Positions 35,801 through 48,400 of a stretch of DNA of 64,000 nt are shown here, one piece after another; within the stretch, counting starts at the first letter, position 1, and every line of letters starts with the position of its first letter. This DNA is from Mizuhopecten yessoensis (taxonomy: Eukaryota), in assembly GCF_002113885.1 (NCBI RefSeq), contig NW_018408079.1:380767-444766 (forward strand). The letters run 5' to 3'. The notes beneath the pieces were generated by a model. The model was not told where the DNA came from. It saw only the letters and a program-made list of their open reading frames with translations, and did no database searches. The translations under genes and the position numbers were made by a program.

Positions 35801-38800
35801 TAGAGCATCAACAGAGTGTACGCATGTGCATTGGAAAACAATCTGCACCAAGAAAGATAGCCCCAATTAACCAAAATGATGTTTCTAACAGAAAATGGTA
35901 AATTAATTCAAGTTAAATTTTTTACTTTTTATGAGGCCAAAAATAACCCATAATGCCTTATGATGCATAGATTTATTTTCAAATATTTCTAAACACATAC
36001 GAAAATATATCATTTACATGATACATACATGTACGTACGAAAATTATGACAGTAAATTTGGATATAAACGGAACATATGATATATACAAGAATAGGACGC
36101 CATTTTTTCAATTTCACGCTGGTATAAACGCAAATCGGTTACATACATATTCCGACATAGATACCGGTAGCGGGCTTTATGGTAAATATGAATGTAATCG
36201 AATTACGTTCATACCAGCATAAACATTGAAAAAATGCCGTCCAATCATTATTCCCTTGTCTCTTCGATATTGAAGTGTTATGTCGTCATTGCAAATGAGA
36301 TTCCTGTAACAGCCTAGCGTCATCAAAATGTTTGCCTCTGACGGTTGTCTCATATTATTCAAGGCGGCTGATCAAATTGCGTGCATAGGCCTATGAACCC
36401 ATTGTCCTATATAGTAATGATTATTCCGTCTTTGCATGTTGCAGAGTTATCTTCTCTTGAGAGCAGGTATTGATTGTTACGTTATTTGTTTTTGAGAGTA
36501 ACGTCATCAATTTTTGGGAAAACGACGGAATTTTCTCACACAAACCAATGACGTAACAATCAATACCTGCTCTCAAGAGAAGATAACTGTGCAATACGCA
36601 AAGACGGAATAGAGGAACTTGCAGTGGAAGTGTAAATATATACATGTAAATTGTAGGTCAAATGACGTTACATTTTATGTTCAACAAATACACAGCAAAA
36701 TGATATTATAAAGAATAGCTGTTCTCTATCTCATTCAAATTTGACCAATCTTGAAATTCCAAAGAAAACGTCTGTCCATAAACAAGAATTAATAAGTTGA
36801 TTTTTTATATTAAACATACCATTCCTCCAAGGTCATCGTAAAATTGAAGAGCGTCGGGTACAGTTACGTAAGCACAATCGTCACGTGTTCCCTGCATGAA
36901 GAATTCCATCGTGAACTCTTTCAAGTAATACCATGAGGTGACTAGGGGGCGGACCCAGGCGTGATGTTCCTTCCTCACGTAGAGGAGAGCACATCCTCTC
37001 GGTGTATACGCCCACTTGTGTAGATTACCTGTATATTTACAATATCAACATTTAAACGATATCCAGGTACCACACTAACAATACCAATTGCAGGTGATTT
37101 TGAAGTTTATTGTTTGAGCAGTATTTTTTTTTTTACAGAATATGTCGTGTACACTACTTCTCATTCTACCACGTCGGCTATGTACCGCCACTTCATTTCA
37201 TTTCATTTTGTTAATGAATCATGTATGATTAAAAAATAGACGCGCGCGAGCATGTTCTATTGTTTAAAGGTTCCCTCGTATTGTAAACTGGCCTTGAACG
37301 TGTTTGCTTTGTCGTGTGAGGGTACACGTGTGCATGTACTAATCGTTTCCACAAATATCTCTAAAATGACACAAATGAACCACTGGCTACAATGGTCAAT
37401 CAATATAATGTCAGCTGCGTGCGGCATGTTGTTGAATTGGAAACGAGTCATTACGTGACAAATACTAGAACAGCATTTTTTAAATCATTTAACATCTAGA
37501 TAACAATACCTTGGTAGACATAAACACACATCACATCATGACGTGGTGGAATCTACAATCGACATATGTTTGTTCGTTACGTTGGAAATGCTCTCTTTGT
37601 ATTATTTGTCCTAACATTTTCTCAAACTCGAAATATATTATTTAGAAAATAAAAATTAATATATAAAATATTATTAATGCTGATTATTTCTTTAAAATAG
37701 CCCGTTATCAGAAATGCCGTAACCGCTCATGCTTTCACATGAAAAAAGACCAATAGTGAAATATGGTTATATGGACCTAAAACGAGCAGACATATATACA
37801 GAATAGAAAGAAAAGTATAATTTTAAACTATTAAACATTTGACGTTATTCTACAACGTCATGCACTTTATCTGTAGCTCTCGGAGCACTGTGAGCAAGAA
37901 CTAAGCTACTAACCGTTCCTACACACTGAATAACACACTCTTTTCCAAACCAACCTGTATAAAAGTCTGGATCCAGGTCCTTCATATCAATGGGCACCTG
38001 TCCTGGCGCATGCGCACCGTCTATCATAGACATGACATTATGCTCTCGACACACCTGAATGATTTTCTTGATGGGCATGACCACGGCAGTGGAACTTGTG
38101 ATGTGATCTGTGACGGAAATGACATATACGACTTATTCTATATATAGCAACAGTGACCTTGAATTTTGAATATTTAACCTGAAATAAGCCAAAAGCACAA
38201 CACTTTTGACAAGAAAGCCTTGTAGTAAGTTTGCATTTGATTAAGTCAATACAACTCAAGTAAAAGTGTTGACATTTAGTTTTTCTATTTATAGTAACAA
38301 CGACTTTGACCTTGGAACTTTTGATCTGAAAAGCAACATCCAGCATGCATCTTCGGCGAAAATGTAATGCACTATTTTCACTTCATTAACACAAGGGAAC
38401 TTGAGCTATTTGGTGAAAACGAATTCAGACATACAAGCTCGTTATATTATCACATCCACTATTTTGCGCGGGAGTTAAGGAACTTGACCTTGCCTATGAC
38501 CGCCAGGCGCACGTTAGGGTTAGAGGAGAGGAACTGTCGATACTGGTCCACTACGTCATCTTCGTTCTCTATTGGGTATTTAACGCCCATCATGTGGTAC
38601 TTCGCTCCTGAAAATAATGTCATATTCTTCCTTGTAATGTTATGTCAGATCAAAGGCAAAAATGCATTCTTGTGTTTACATTCAAATAGGTAAAATTTCA
38701 CAACAATTAAAATATATTAAGATAAATCATAAAATTTGGGAATGGTAAAGTATCGAGACATTTATTGATAATTCTATCTCTTCAAAACGATTACTTTTAA

Positions 38801-39966
38801 AAGATAAAAATTGATTTCGTTCAAAAAAAACCACAAAGATAAAATACCGTTAATTGATGTTTTCACGTGTTCGCACGTGAACTGAATCGCTGGATACGTG
38901 TTGTCTGTTGCTAGGATACCGTCACCCTCTTTAAGGTTCAGAGACTTCAAAATTGTATTTATCCCTTGGAACAGAAATACGTGAACAATTTTAAAGAATG
39001 GTCGCTGATGACTTTTACAGTAATAGTCTAATGAAATAGCCTATCCCACACACATTCCCTCATTACTATATATATAAGACTTTCCTACATCCTAATACAT
39101 GTACATATTGTACACACACTATATATATAAGACTTTCCTACATCCTAATACATGTACATAATGTACACACACTATATGGGTGACACTTTTCACTATTACA
39201 TTGCTTTAAATGAAGTCATAAATTGAAATAAATATCATACCCAACAACGAAATACACAATGTCAAAGGCAAATACATGTGTCTGGTTGTGTCCACAGTCA
39301 CATTGACGTCTGACCTGTAGTAAACGATAGCCACACATATTTTCAGTGACCTCTGACCTGAGGTAAATTAGTAGCTGGTATCAGTGACCTCTGACATGTA
39401 GTATATTAGAAGTAACATATTTCAGTGACCTCTGACCTTTAGTAACTAAGTATCCCACACAGATTTCACAGTGATTTCTCACCTGTCGTTGCGTTCTGTA
39501 CGAGTACAACATCCTCGGGGTTAGCATTGACAAACATGGCGATAGCGTCCCTTCCGGCCTTCCATTTGCCGAGGTTGTTCCGGCGGAACCAGTCATCTGG
39601 ATGATCGTCCATCTTATCGATGTAGCTAGGAACATGAATGTATAACAATAGCAGATTACAACATGCACTTAATTGATGGTGCAGAGGCTATTATTGAAAT
39701 CACGGAGTTAGAAGTCCGTGGTTAAAAACTTGAAACTATTACGTGTAACGTTCAAAACATCGGTATTTGTATATCTGATGAACACTGATATTATTATGAC
39801 GATGAAAATTTAAATATGAGATTTACCTTTTCTGGACGTCTTTTATTCGCCTCGGTACCATTCCGAACGAACCATGATTAAGAAACATGGACCCTTTCCT
39901 CATGCAGAATTCCTTTTCTCTCAACTCTAGTCCGAATGGAGGCATTGTCATCTCTTCGGAACCCAT
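32858..39966 (-). CDS. PLP-dependent aminotransferase class V C-S lyase (Egt2 hercynylcysteine sulfoxide lyase / L-cysteine desulfhydrase / isopenicillin N epimerase-like), 424 aa, 8 exons
   Basis: Exons 39966-39827, 39625-39483, 38964-38848, 38607-38494, 38107-37955, 37028-36820, 35237-35079, 33097-32858 total 1275 nt in one open frame. Motifs: FLNHGSFG, VQNATTGINT, LAVIDHITS, IDGAHAPGQ, GNLHKW (PLP lysine), QGTRD, RLSANVYN. Confidence 0.9.
33215..34840. repeat. 40-bp minisatellite (~40 copies) in the last intron of the lyase gene
   Basis: CCTACAACACATTATCACTGATACAAAACAGATCG unit, with a recurrent 45-bp variant. Confidence 0.95.
36422..36611. mobile_element. TA-flanked MITE with long TIRs (Tc1/mariner-like)
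   Basis: TATTCCGTCTTTGC..GCAGAGTTATCTTCTCTTG ... CAAGAGAAGATAACT..GCAAAGACGGAATA. Confidence 0.85.
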
Positions 39967-42177
39967 TGTGGGCTAACCTTTAACACAAAACAGTACGGCT
40001 ACGTTTACTATATTGTAGTATATAACTAATCCTTCCTGTCCTCGGATCTGTCCTTTCCCAGTAACCGACAGAGCCGTACGTAATCTGGGCTGCGGGGATA
40101 ACAGGGAGTGATAGTTTACTGTCTCCGATAGCTGGTGGTGGTACATAGTACTCTGATCTTAAGTCACGACATCCCTGTAACACTAGGCAAGCCAACCAGT
40201 GTTAGGTAATTAACGTCGTACGTTATGGGTCAAGGGTTTGTCGCCTGGTGCCAACATTATATATATTGTTATTACGTAAACCATTAGATGGCATCGCTTT
40301 TGGACTAAGTGTGCAGGGTTGAGAACGGATCCCTTACATTTCGATTGGCTTAACAGTTGATTTGTCAGAAAAAGGACCTAGCCTGAACTACACCTATTGC
40401 TAGAATGACAGCCTAATGCACTTCCAAGTCTTCTTTGAGAACTGTACGAATAGTTCTTTCAATTACTCAATATATAGGTAAGATAACTCGATTTTATGTC
40501 CTTTATTCTCATTCTTTTGATGCAATGGTTCTGTACACCCAATATCAATTTAATCGATGATGTACTGTGGGGAGAGAAATGCGAACATTTTTAAAACAAA
40601 GGGGCGTAATTACATGATAATGGGAGGTAACACCAATTTATAAATTTTACCGACACATTTTCAATGCATGTACCAAATAAAGTATGATTCAAATCGGTGG
40701 AGTGCTTTGGTAGGAGTAGTCAAACAATGTTTTTAACTAAGGAACATAACTTCCTTAAATACGGATATAACTTAAACTTTTATGTTTAATCACATCCTCT
40801 CAATGTAAGTGTTATGTGTACCGAGTATCAAGCACAATGGGAAAGATGTGTGTCACATCCTAAAAGTAGGTCACTGTGACCTCTATTTGAACTCTGACCT
40901 TGGCCTCAAGTACTAGAATAATGGTTTCCGCAGCATATCTCAGTCACTCTTCACGGGAAGGCAGTGTATCGCACCCTTTAAATGGGTCATTATATCCCCT
41001 ATATCACCTTTGATATTTCTGAGTCTGAAGCATATATCGGCTTTTGTGATAAGGAATTACATCATGGTCAGGCGGTGTATTTTGTGATGAAATGAGGTTA
41101 ATGAAGTCAACGCGAAACCGTTACACCAAACATTGTTTATCGAGGAACAGATATGAGGGGTGTAGGGGTATCCGTATAAAGTCAACGCTTCGAGATAAAT
41201 CAACGGTTTAACTGCAGTTGATCTTTCAGATAAGTCAAATTAACGTGTTGTTTACTTGTTAATTTAATTTGAGATAATTTGTGTTTTCGCAAACCCAGGC
41301 TTATTTTCGTATTTCGATAGCTTTGCTAATATTGCTTGTAACGCGGCCTCGTTTTGAATATCAGTTCCATGTGCTTGCTGGTGGTGCCCAGGGGATGGTT
41401 GGCATCATTTACTACAAAATGTATACAACATAACCTTTTTTTCACAACATAATCTTAGTTAATTATGATAGTTTATTAATAAGATTGGTAATTTACGTTC
41501 GTTGATCAGGGACGTTTGTCCATAAATCTTTGTACTCGCAAAGATTGATTAGATATGTCGGAAAATTTCGAAATACGGAAGATGCTATATAATTATCATT
41601 GAGCATCAAACCAGACCGGCCATAAATTAAAAGGTCATACGATGAATCAAACCTCCACTGGGTTTTTATCGTATTTAACCTTAAATTTCAAACAGTTTAA
41701 ATTGGATTTAATAGTTTACGTTCTTGAGTAAAATCACCTACTGTAGCAAAGGATCGGGTCCCTGTGTTCCAGAGAACCTGGTTTAAGCCTCAGCTGTTTG
41801 ATGCGGGTTTATGATGTAATTTCTTTTGTTTTATTTATCCTTATGTTTAGAGGCTATTTTATACTCTATTTCATTTTACAGGACATAATCTTGGTACCCC
41901 ACTCTGTTGTAGTTGATAATGCAATGTGCTGTGCTTTAAAAATCATATAAAAAAATGTTTTCCATAAATATTTTAATTTCAACAATCTAACTTAAATTTA
42001 AACAAATTTTGTGACAAAAATGTGGAACAAATGATGCATCATCACACAATATGCAGGCTGTCTGTATCACTCGAACATCTTCATCATTATTAAATAGAGA
42101 CAATGCTGATAAACGTTTGTATAAACAACTTAACACTTTTTAAGTATTTTATCGACAGTAGTTTAAGTAGCCACAGT

Positions 42178-45100
42178 TTATATTGTGGGAATCCAGGTGT
42201 CGCTCTCGTGGTGTTCGACCTGTCGCTGGTACCATTGTAAGCCGCCATATTGGTTCTGGGCATCACTGGTTGGTGTGAGCCGTATTTCTCCGCCGGCTGT
42301 GAAGTCGGACGCCTTAAGCTCTATGTTTGGCGGGACGGCGTCAACTGCCAAAGAATCAACGTGTTTCAGCCAAGTGTTGAGTCTACTGTATGGCGATCTG
42401 GCCATGGCGCTGGTCTGTAGGGTGGACAGGTCGCTTGTGTAATTCATCGGGTACTGCTCTTCTGAAAATAAAAATAATTACATTCAATCGTTTTATATTG
42501 TTTTGAAAAGAAATTTAACAATCACACCTAAATTAACCTTTGAATCGTATAATGATTTTATAAGGACGAACGAAGAAACTCATAAACACATTCAATTAAC
42601 TTTGCGTTTAAAGTTTAAGTTTAAACATATTTATTGCCAAAATTAGACAAGGGATTAGGCACAAGTTATAACAATTTATCAACACCTTCTCCCAATATAC
42701 ATTTTAAATGACATTACAATAATGACAATAAATATATACAATTGTTGTTACAATTTGAACTCAAAATCTCTTGCTGGATTTAATAAAGTCTTGCACAGAT
42801 CTAAAGAAAAATTGAGTTAAGGTCCACGGAAAATTGTGAATTTGCGTTTGTAATTTGTATTTGACATTTAGTTTAAAGAACCTGATGTTCTGTTTCGACT
42901 GTTGCCTACCATTTATTGTGTTCCGTGCATCATCTCCGGAACCAGAGAGAGAACCGGAATTTGCTGTGTCGTTGTCGCTTAGTCCAGAATCCTGATTTCC
43001 GCCTCCGCTCCCCCTCCTTATATTTCTGATTCGTCTGCTCCTGTTTTTGTTTCGTTTGTTACGGAACCATGAATGTATCAACCTGGTGTCAATGCCTGTG
43101 AGCATGCTCAGTTTCTGCCGGATATGACGTGACGGTCGTTGGTTGGTCTGATATGCCTGCTCCAATACCTTCCGTTGATGAGGATCTAGGTTTAAAGAGA
43201 GCCGTTTACCCGTATTGCTGTCATAGCTTGATGTAACGTTTCCTTCATCAGAAGCTGTCAAAAATAATAGAGAAGACTCATAATGAATACTTTTGTAACA
43301 GGAGATGGAAAAATGCACGCCCAGACCGAGGTTCGAACCCGGGACCTTCCGAACTCTATTAAACAAAATATGTTAGATAATGATGTTAAACGAATATCGA
43401 TAGACAGAGAAATTAAAATATCTTAGGATAAAATATGTCATCGTGACTTACTGTAATGAAAGTTTTAATTTTTAGTTCAACTGGTTGAAACATACAATGC
43501 ACGCCCAAGTTGTCCTATCTCACTAATTGACCTCCTTCTGACACACACACAACAATACCTAGAGGTGCATTCCTCGTTTTTCGTGTTTTATTTCGCGGTG
43601 TCATTTCATATGAGGGAAACATAATACTATATCAAAGCACATAGTTTTTCCCATTTACCTTGCAGTTTTTGGAGATCTCGTTCACATAGAAGCTTGTCAT
43701 CTTCCCGGATGTAAAATTTATCGCCAGTTTGCAATGCAACGTGGCACAGTGCGCATGCAAAACATCTTTCGTGGTAAATATTGTTGCCTGCTATTCGGAC
43801 GGACTCCTCGGGAGCTATTACGCCTGAACATCCGGAACACGTCCCGCCAAACCGCCTGGTGATGAGGAAGTAAGACATTGGTAAGATACAATACTAACAC
43901 ATGGTAAAAGGTAAATAAATACACAAACTAAATACAACCTTTTACATAAAAGAGTTATACATGTGATACACAATTTCGTGTGGCTTTCTCAAAAAATAAC
44001 CGTACATTTGTTTTTTTCTATAACGTCCTCGCAACAGCCAGGGTCATATGAGGACGGGTGTCTATAGGGAGACACCAACGAAAAACCAAAGTAGGGAAGC
44101 GGAAAAATAAAAGATAAACCGTTCATTTTACAGTCAACTATATTATCTAAATTTATGAAGCTAATTCACAAACCGGTTAAGTGATCCAAACTTATTCATA
44201 AAAACAACGTAGCGCGCTGTGACACTAATCCATCGGAGCTACTGAAAAACGACACGCCACTGAAGGTATTGTGCTGTTGTTGATTTTTACACCTGTGAAA
44301 TGTGATCATGAAAGCTCACCTGTAGAAGTCAGTTTGACAGTATATGTCAGTTCCGTCGGAAAAACAAACTTCTGACACTTCCACGCCACATGACGTACAC
44401 CGAACGCATGCGCTGTGCATTAGTTTGTCCTGCACGCGCACCACGAGTCTGTCGTATATTCCACTTCCGCATCTACAACAGTTTGGGGGACTGGCTGGTG
44501 GAGAAATAGAAACAGGTTCATTACTCAATTACTGCTATAGAAAGTGTTGTGTTTTGAGTGAAACGTCTGTGAGTTTTTTACGATTGAGCAACAAGACCTG
44601 TCATATACTAGACCAAACGAAATGTCATACAGAAAGACAATACAGAATTTGCACATTAAAATTAAAAAGGTCATACAAAAATCATACAAGTCATACAGAA
44701 AGTTCATACATAAGTCATTATTTTTTGTATTTGATCATATAAAGGTCGACTAAGTTGATGCCACCGAAAAGAAAAAAAGAGTACATGAACGTAGGAGAGA
44801 AACGGAAATATCCCAAGTATTGTACATCAACAGAAGACAGTCCTGATTCAGTAAGGGGGGCACCACATTAGTCGCCTCTTATGACGTGCGATAAAATACA
44901 GCAAAAAAATCATACAAAGGTCCTACATGATTTCATGTAGAAATGTCATACATACATCAACCTTAAGCATATTTAAAACCTTACACATTTTAAAACTGAT
45001 TTATAGTATATGTAATAAAAGAAACTATCAATTCTTTATGCATTTATTCAAATATTTAAAGTATAATGTATAAGTGAACATCTGTTGAAACTAAAATCCA

Positions 45101-45437
45101 AACATATATGGTAACAGAGACGTATATACTACTACGGCTTTATATGTCTGATGGTAATGGGCGATACATATAAATTTAATATGAAATTCTTGCAGAATTC
45201 ATAGGATAGAAAGGAATAATAGCTATAACAATACATAACAAGAAGGGTTGGCTTTCATCACTCACCTCCATTCCAGCTGCTGCCCAACGTGGAAAATTGT
45301 TCCACGGATTGGGGGACGGACATATGCTCGTTGGACACGGGGACAGGTGTCAGCTGATGCTCCCCGGGGGTGGGGACCGATGTGGACGACAGGCGTTCCA
45401 ATATAACAGGTGAGGTAACGCTACCCATCGCGTTCAT
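42178..45437 (-). CDS. Divergent LIM-homeobox transcription factor (Lhx3/4-like), 390 aa, 5 exons
   Basis: Exons 45437-45266, 44494-44320 (LIM1), 43855-43659 (LIM2), 43254-42910 (homeodomain), 42461-42178, all in phase. All eight Zn ligands are present in both LIM domains. Homeodomain: KRLSLNLDPHQRKVLEQAYQTNQRPSRHIRQKLSMLTGIDTRLIHSWFRNKRNK. Exon 1 is supported only by ORF, donor and phase. Confidence 0.88.
42612..42815. repeat. Dispersed ~200-bp repeat, second direct copy at ~47367-47570
   Basis: Near-identical TAAGTTTAAACATATTTATTGCCAAAATTAGACAAGGGATTAGGCACAAG...GCACAGATCTAAA. Confidence 0.85.
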
Positions 45438-48400
45438 ATGTTACGTGTCCAACAAAATATATCTCACTAATGAAAGTGAAACTGTGTAACGCGTCCCTGA
45501 CACAGGAATGAACTCGACATAAACTTCCGTGTAGAATATGTTACTACGGGTTTAGTACGTAAACAATCCTGCAAGTTCAGGAGTAAAACTTGTCATCCGC
45601 TGTTTACAAGTTCCGAGTGAGTTGTGAAGATCCCCCCGTGTGACCTGGCTATTTATCGTGACCTTACAAGTCAAACATTCCAGGTACAGTCGTATAAATT
45701 AGATATATACGGGTATGCATAGTTAATCAACGCCTATTATATTATGATCCCGACAGTGATAGGGTAGATTAGCGAGGTCATTGTTCGGGTGAACGGGTGA
45801 ATTTACCCACGGGTAGATCCGCGACGCCCAGATTGCAGGTAGCATGTCTGGGACAGGGGTCGGGATTCACCTGCAGACAGGTAAATAGGAACATACGACG
45901 AACGTCTGGAGTCGGCTTAAACAGGTGATCACCCCCCTCAAGTCTCGAGGCGATGTCTGGGGTCAATATTATAGAACGTACAGGTAATCCGACTGACCAG
46001 ACGGATAAATATCGTCCAGGATAACGGTAGTTTTCAAAGAATCTCGCCTTTGTTTACTTATATTGTTGACAAACTTTCTTAGGATATTGATAATGGCATT
46101 ACCTTTTATACCTGTTTACCACAGGTATAACAGAAATTCGGTCAGATGGCCAGACGGTTCAATACGAGAGATAAGGCCCAGACAGTGAGAGAGGATGGGA
46201 GTATAACACGCCAGTACACGTGCCCCGAAATGTGTACAGCACAATTCCGTGGTGTTTTATTATCTATATGTAACGTCACACTACAACAATTGATACAATT
46301 CTGACGGTTTTCAGTGATAATTAAAAATCCAGATCTTGTATCTGGAATAGGTCTTGATTCTTGACTAAGACTATCCCCTGTAGTACCTTCTCAGGAAAAG
46401 TTTCGATTCTAAGGAACTTGTTTTTAAAAAACATAACGCTAAACGCGCAGTGAGATTTCGTCCGTTTTTCAGCCATGATTAGTACACAAATTGGTACACC
46501 ATAGTACAGGCCACGAAACTTGTTTTTATTTCTGCTAGTTGATGTGTCGATTGCAACAAAATATGTTGTTGTAATATATAATTCACTGAACTAAAATTGT
46601 ATATATTTATATATTTATTTTATCCGTTGCAAGGACCAGAAATCAACACTTAAATATGCTTATAATTAACCCTTTCAAAATCCTCAAAAAACTCGTCGTG
46701 TTTTTTATTTTGTTTTCTGACATGTTTACTTTGAAGTCATTGCATACTCTTAAAATGTTGCTGTAAACAAAACTATTTGGTGGAATAGCTGATTAATATC
46801 TCTATTATTGTTAGACCATCAGAGGAACTTTCGAACCATTTTCTGACCGTGTACCAATTGGAGCGTATACAAATTGTGGTAGTGTGACGTTACCTATATT
46901 GAATCTCCACGCAGAGTTACGGTCCTTGCTCTCCCTGGGTAGAGATTGATATTTATGAGCAACATCTCAAATTACAATCTGAGATAAAGCCGAACATATG
47001 TTTCAGATGAATTAAAACTCACATATCAAACTACGGACTTGTATAATCTAATGCTATGATCAAACTATATTGAAGACAATAGGATATTGAATAGTTCCAT
47101 CACTTTATGTATCAAATGCACGAAACGCTTGTATTTCACTCAAAATGGCTTAATCGTGTAAAACAACGGTAAATGACACGGTGTCGACATACACCTGAGC
47201 ATGACTATATATGGTCATTCTTAAATTAAAATTCAGGTAAGACAAAAATGTGTCTTAAAATTTTGAAATGTAATGTTTCATTTAAAACATACAGACATAC
47301 AAATATTAAAACATACACTGAAAGTCTTTGCCAATACAAACCAGAATGGAACATCCAATCACTAGGTTAAGTTTAAACATATTTATTGCCAAAATTAGAC
47401 AAGGGATTAGGCACAAGTTATAACTACTTATCAACGCCTTCTCCCAATATACATTTGAAATGACATTTCAATAATGACAATAAATATATACAATTGTTAT
47501 GACAATTTGAACTCAAAATCTCTTGCTGGATTTAATAAAGTTTTGCACAGATCTAAAAATGTTTGAGTTACTAGGTTCGTCCTTCGGTTTCATAAACGAA
47601 CAACTCTTGTCTGACTGTGTAGAACACGATAAACGAATAAATCCATGCATTTAAACATGTGTTATACAAAAAGACCAGTTCATTACAAAATCACTTTGCT
47701 GATATTGGAAAAGTAGAATGAGATAAATATATGTGTCGTTTAAAACTAGCTTAGGTTTCGAAACATACACATGTATTTAATTAAACAAAAAAGATCGCAT
47801 AGCTGCGTAAATTTCGATCCGCTTACTTCCCATTGCCGTTGATGCAGGCGAAACTGAGGATTAATTTCATTTAAAAAAAAAAATCATATATCAAGGGGAA
47901 ATTGTTCTAGAACATCATTACATGAATCGAAAATGTATATAGCCAACTCGTACATATTTTACACCTTTGTCTATATACGTTTATAGCGTAGCCGAATCGA
48001 CGGCGATTTTATATTCACCTTCCTGTTCGCGCCACTGGTAAATTTTCTGATAAAGGTGACATATACATACCGTACTGGTCATCAAAACGTCACACATTTA
48101 TTTGTCGTACTATATGACCCATTTTACAATTCATGCATACCAACAGGAAGATAATGGTTAGAATTTAAAAGTAAAGGTTGTTCAGTGGGTTTGAATATGA
48201 GTTTTATTATTCAATGTATTAAAAAAATATACTGTGATATTTTTTCATGTCTTGGTCAATAATTGTACAAATTGTATTTTTTTTTTTTAATTTTTGACAT
48301 TTATCATCGAATTCTAAATATACATCCTTCTATTCACAGTGTGTTGCAATTCAAGATATTTTTGGACGTAATTTGTTTTTAATATTTTATGTTTTTAACA

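Noticed and set aside
39241-39314. Candidate lyase exon with CAG acceptor
   Set aside because: In-frame TGA; the true exon 3 is 38964-38848 (GINTIL...TYPAI).
32858-39966. Bacterial contamination, recent HGT or beta-lactam biosynthesis (isopenicillin N epimerase label)
   Set aside because: Seven spliceosomal introns with host repeats and no other beta-lactam genes nearby; the label reflects family similarity only.
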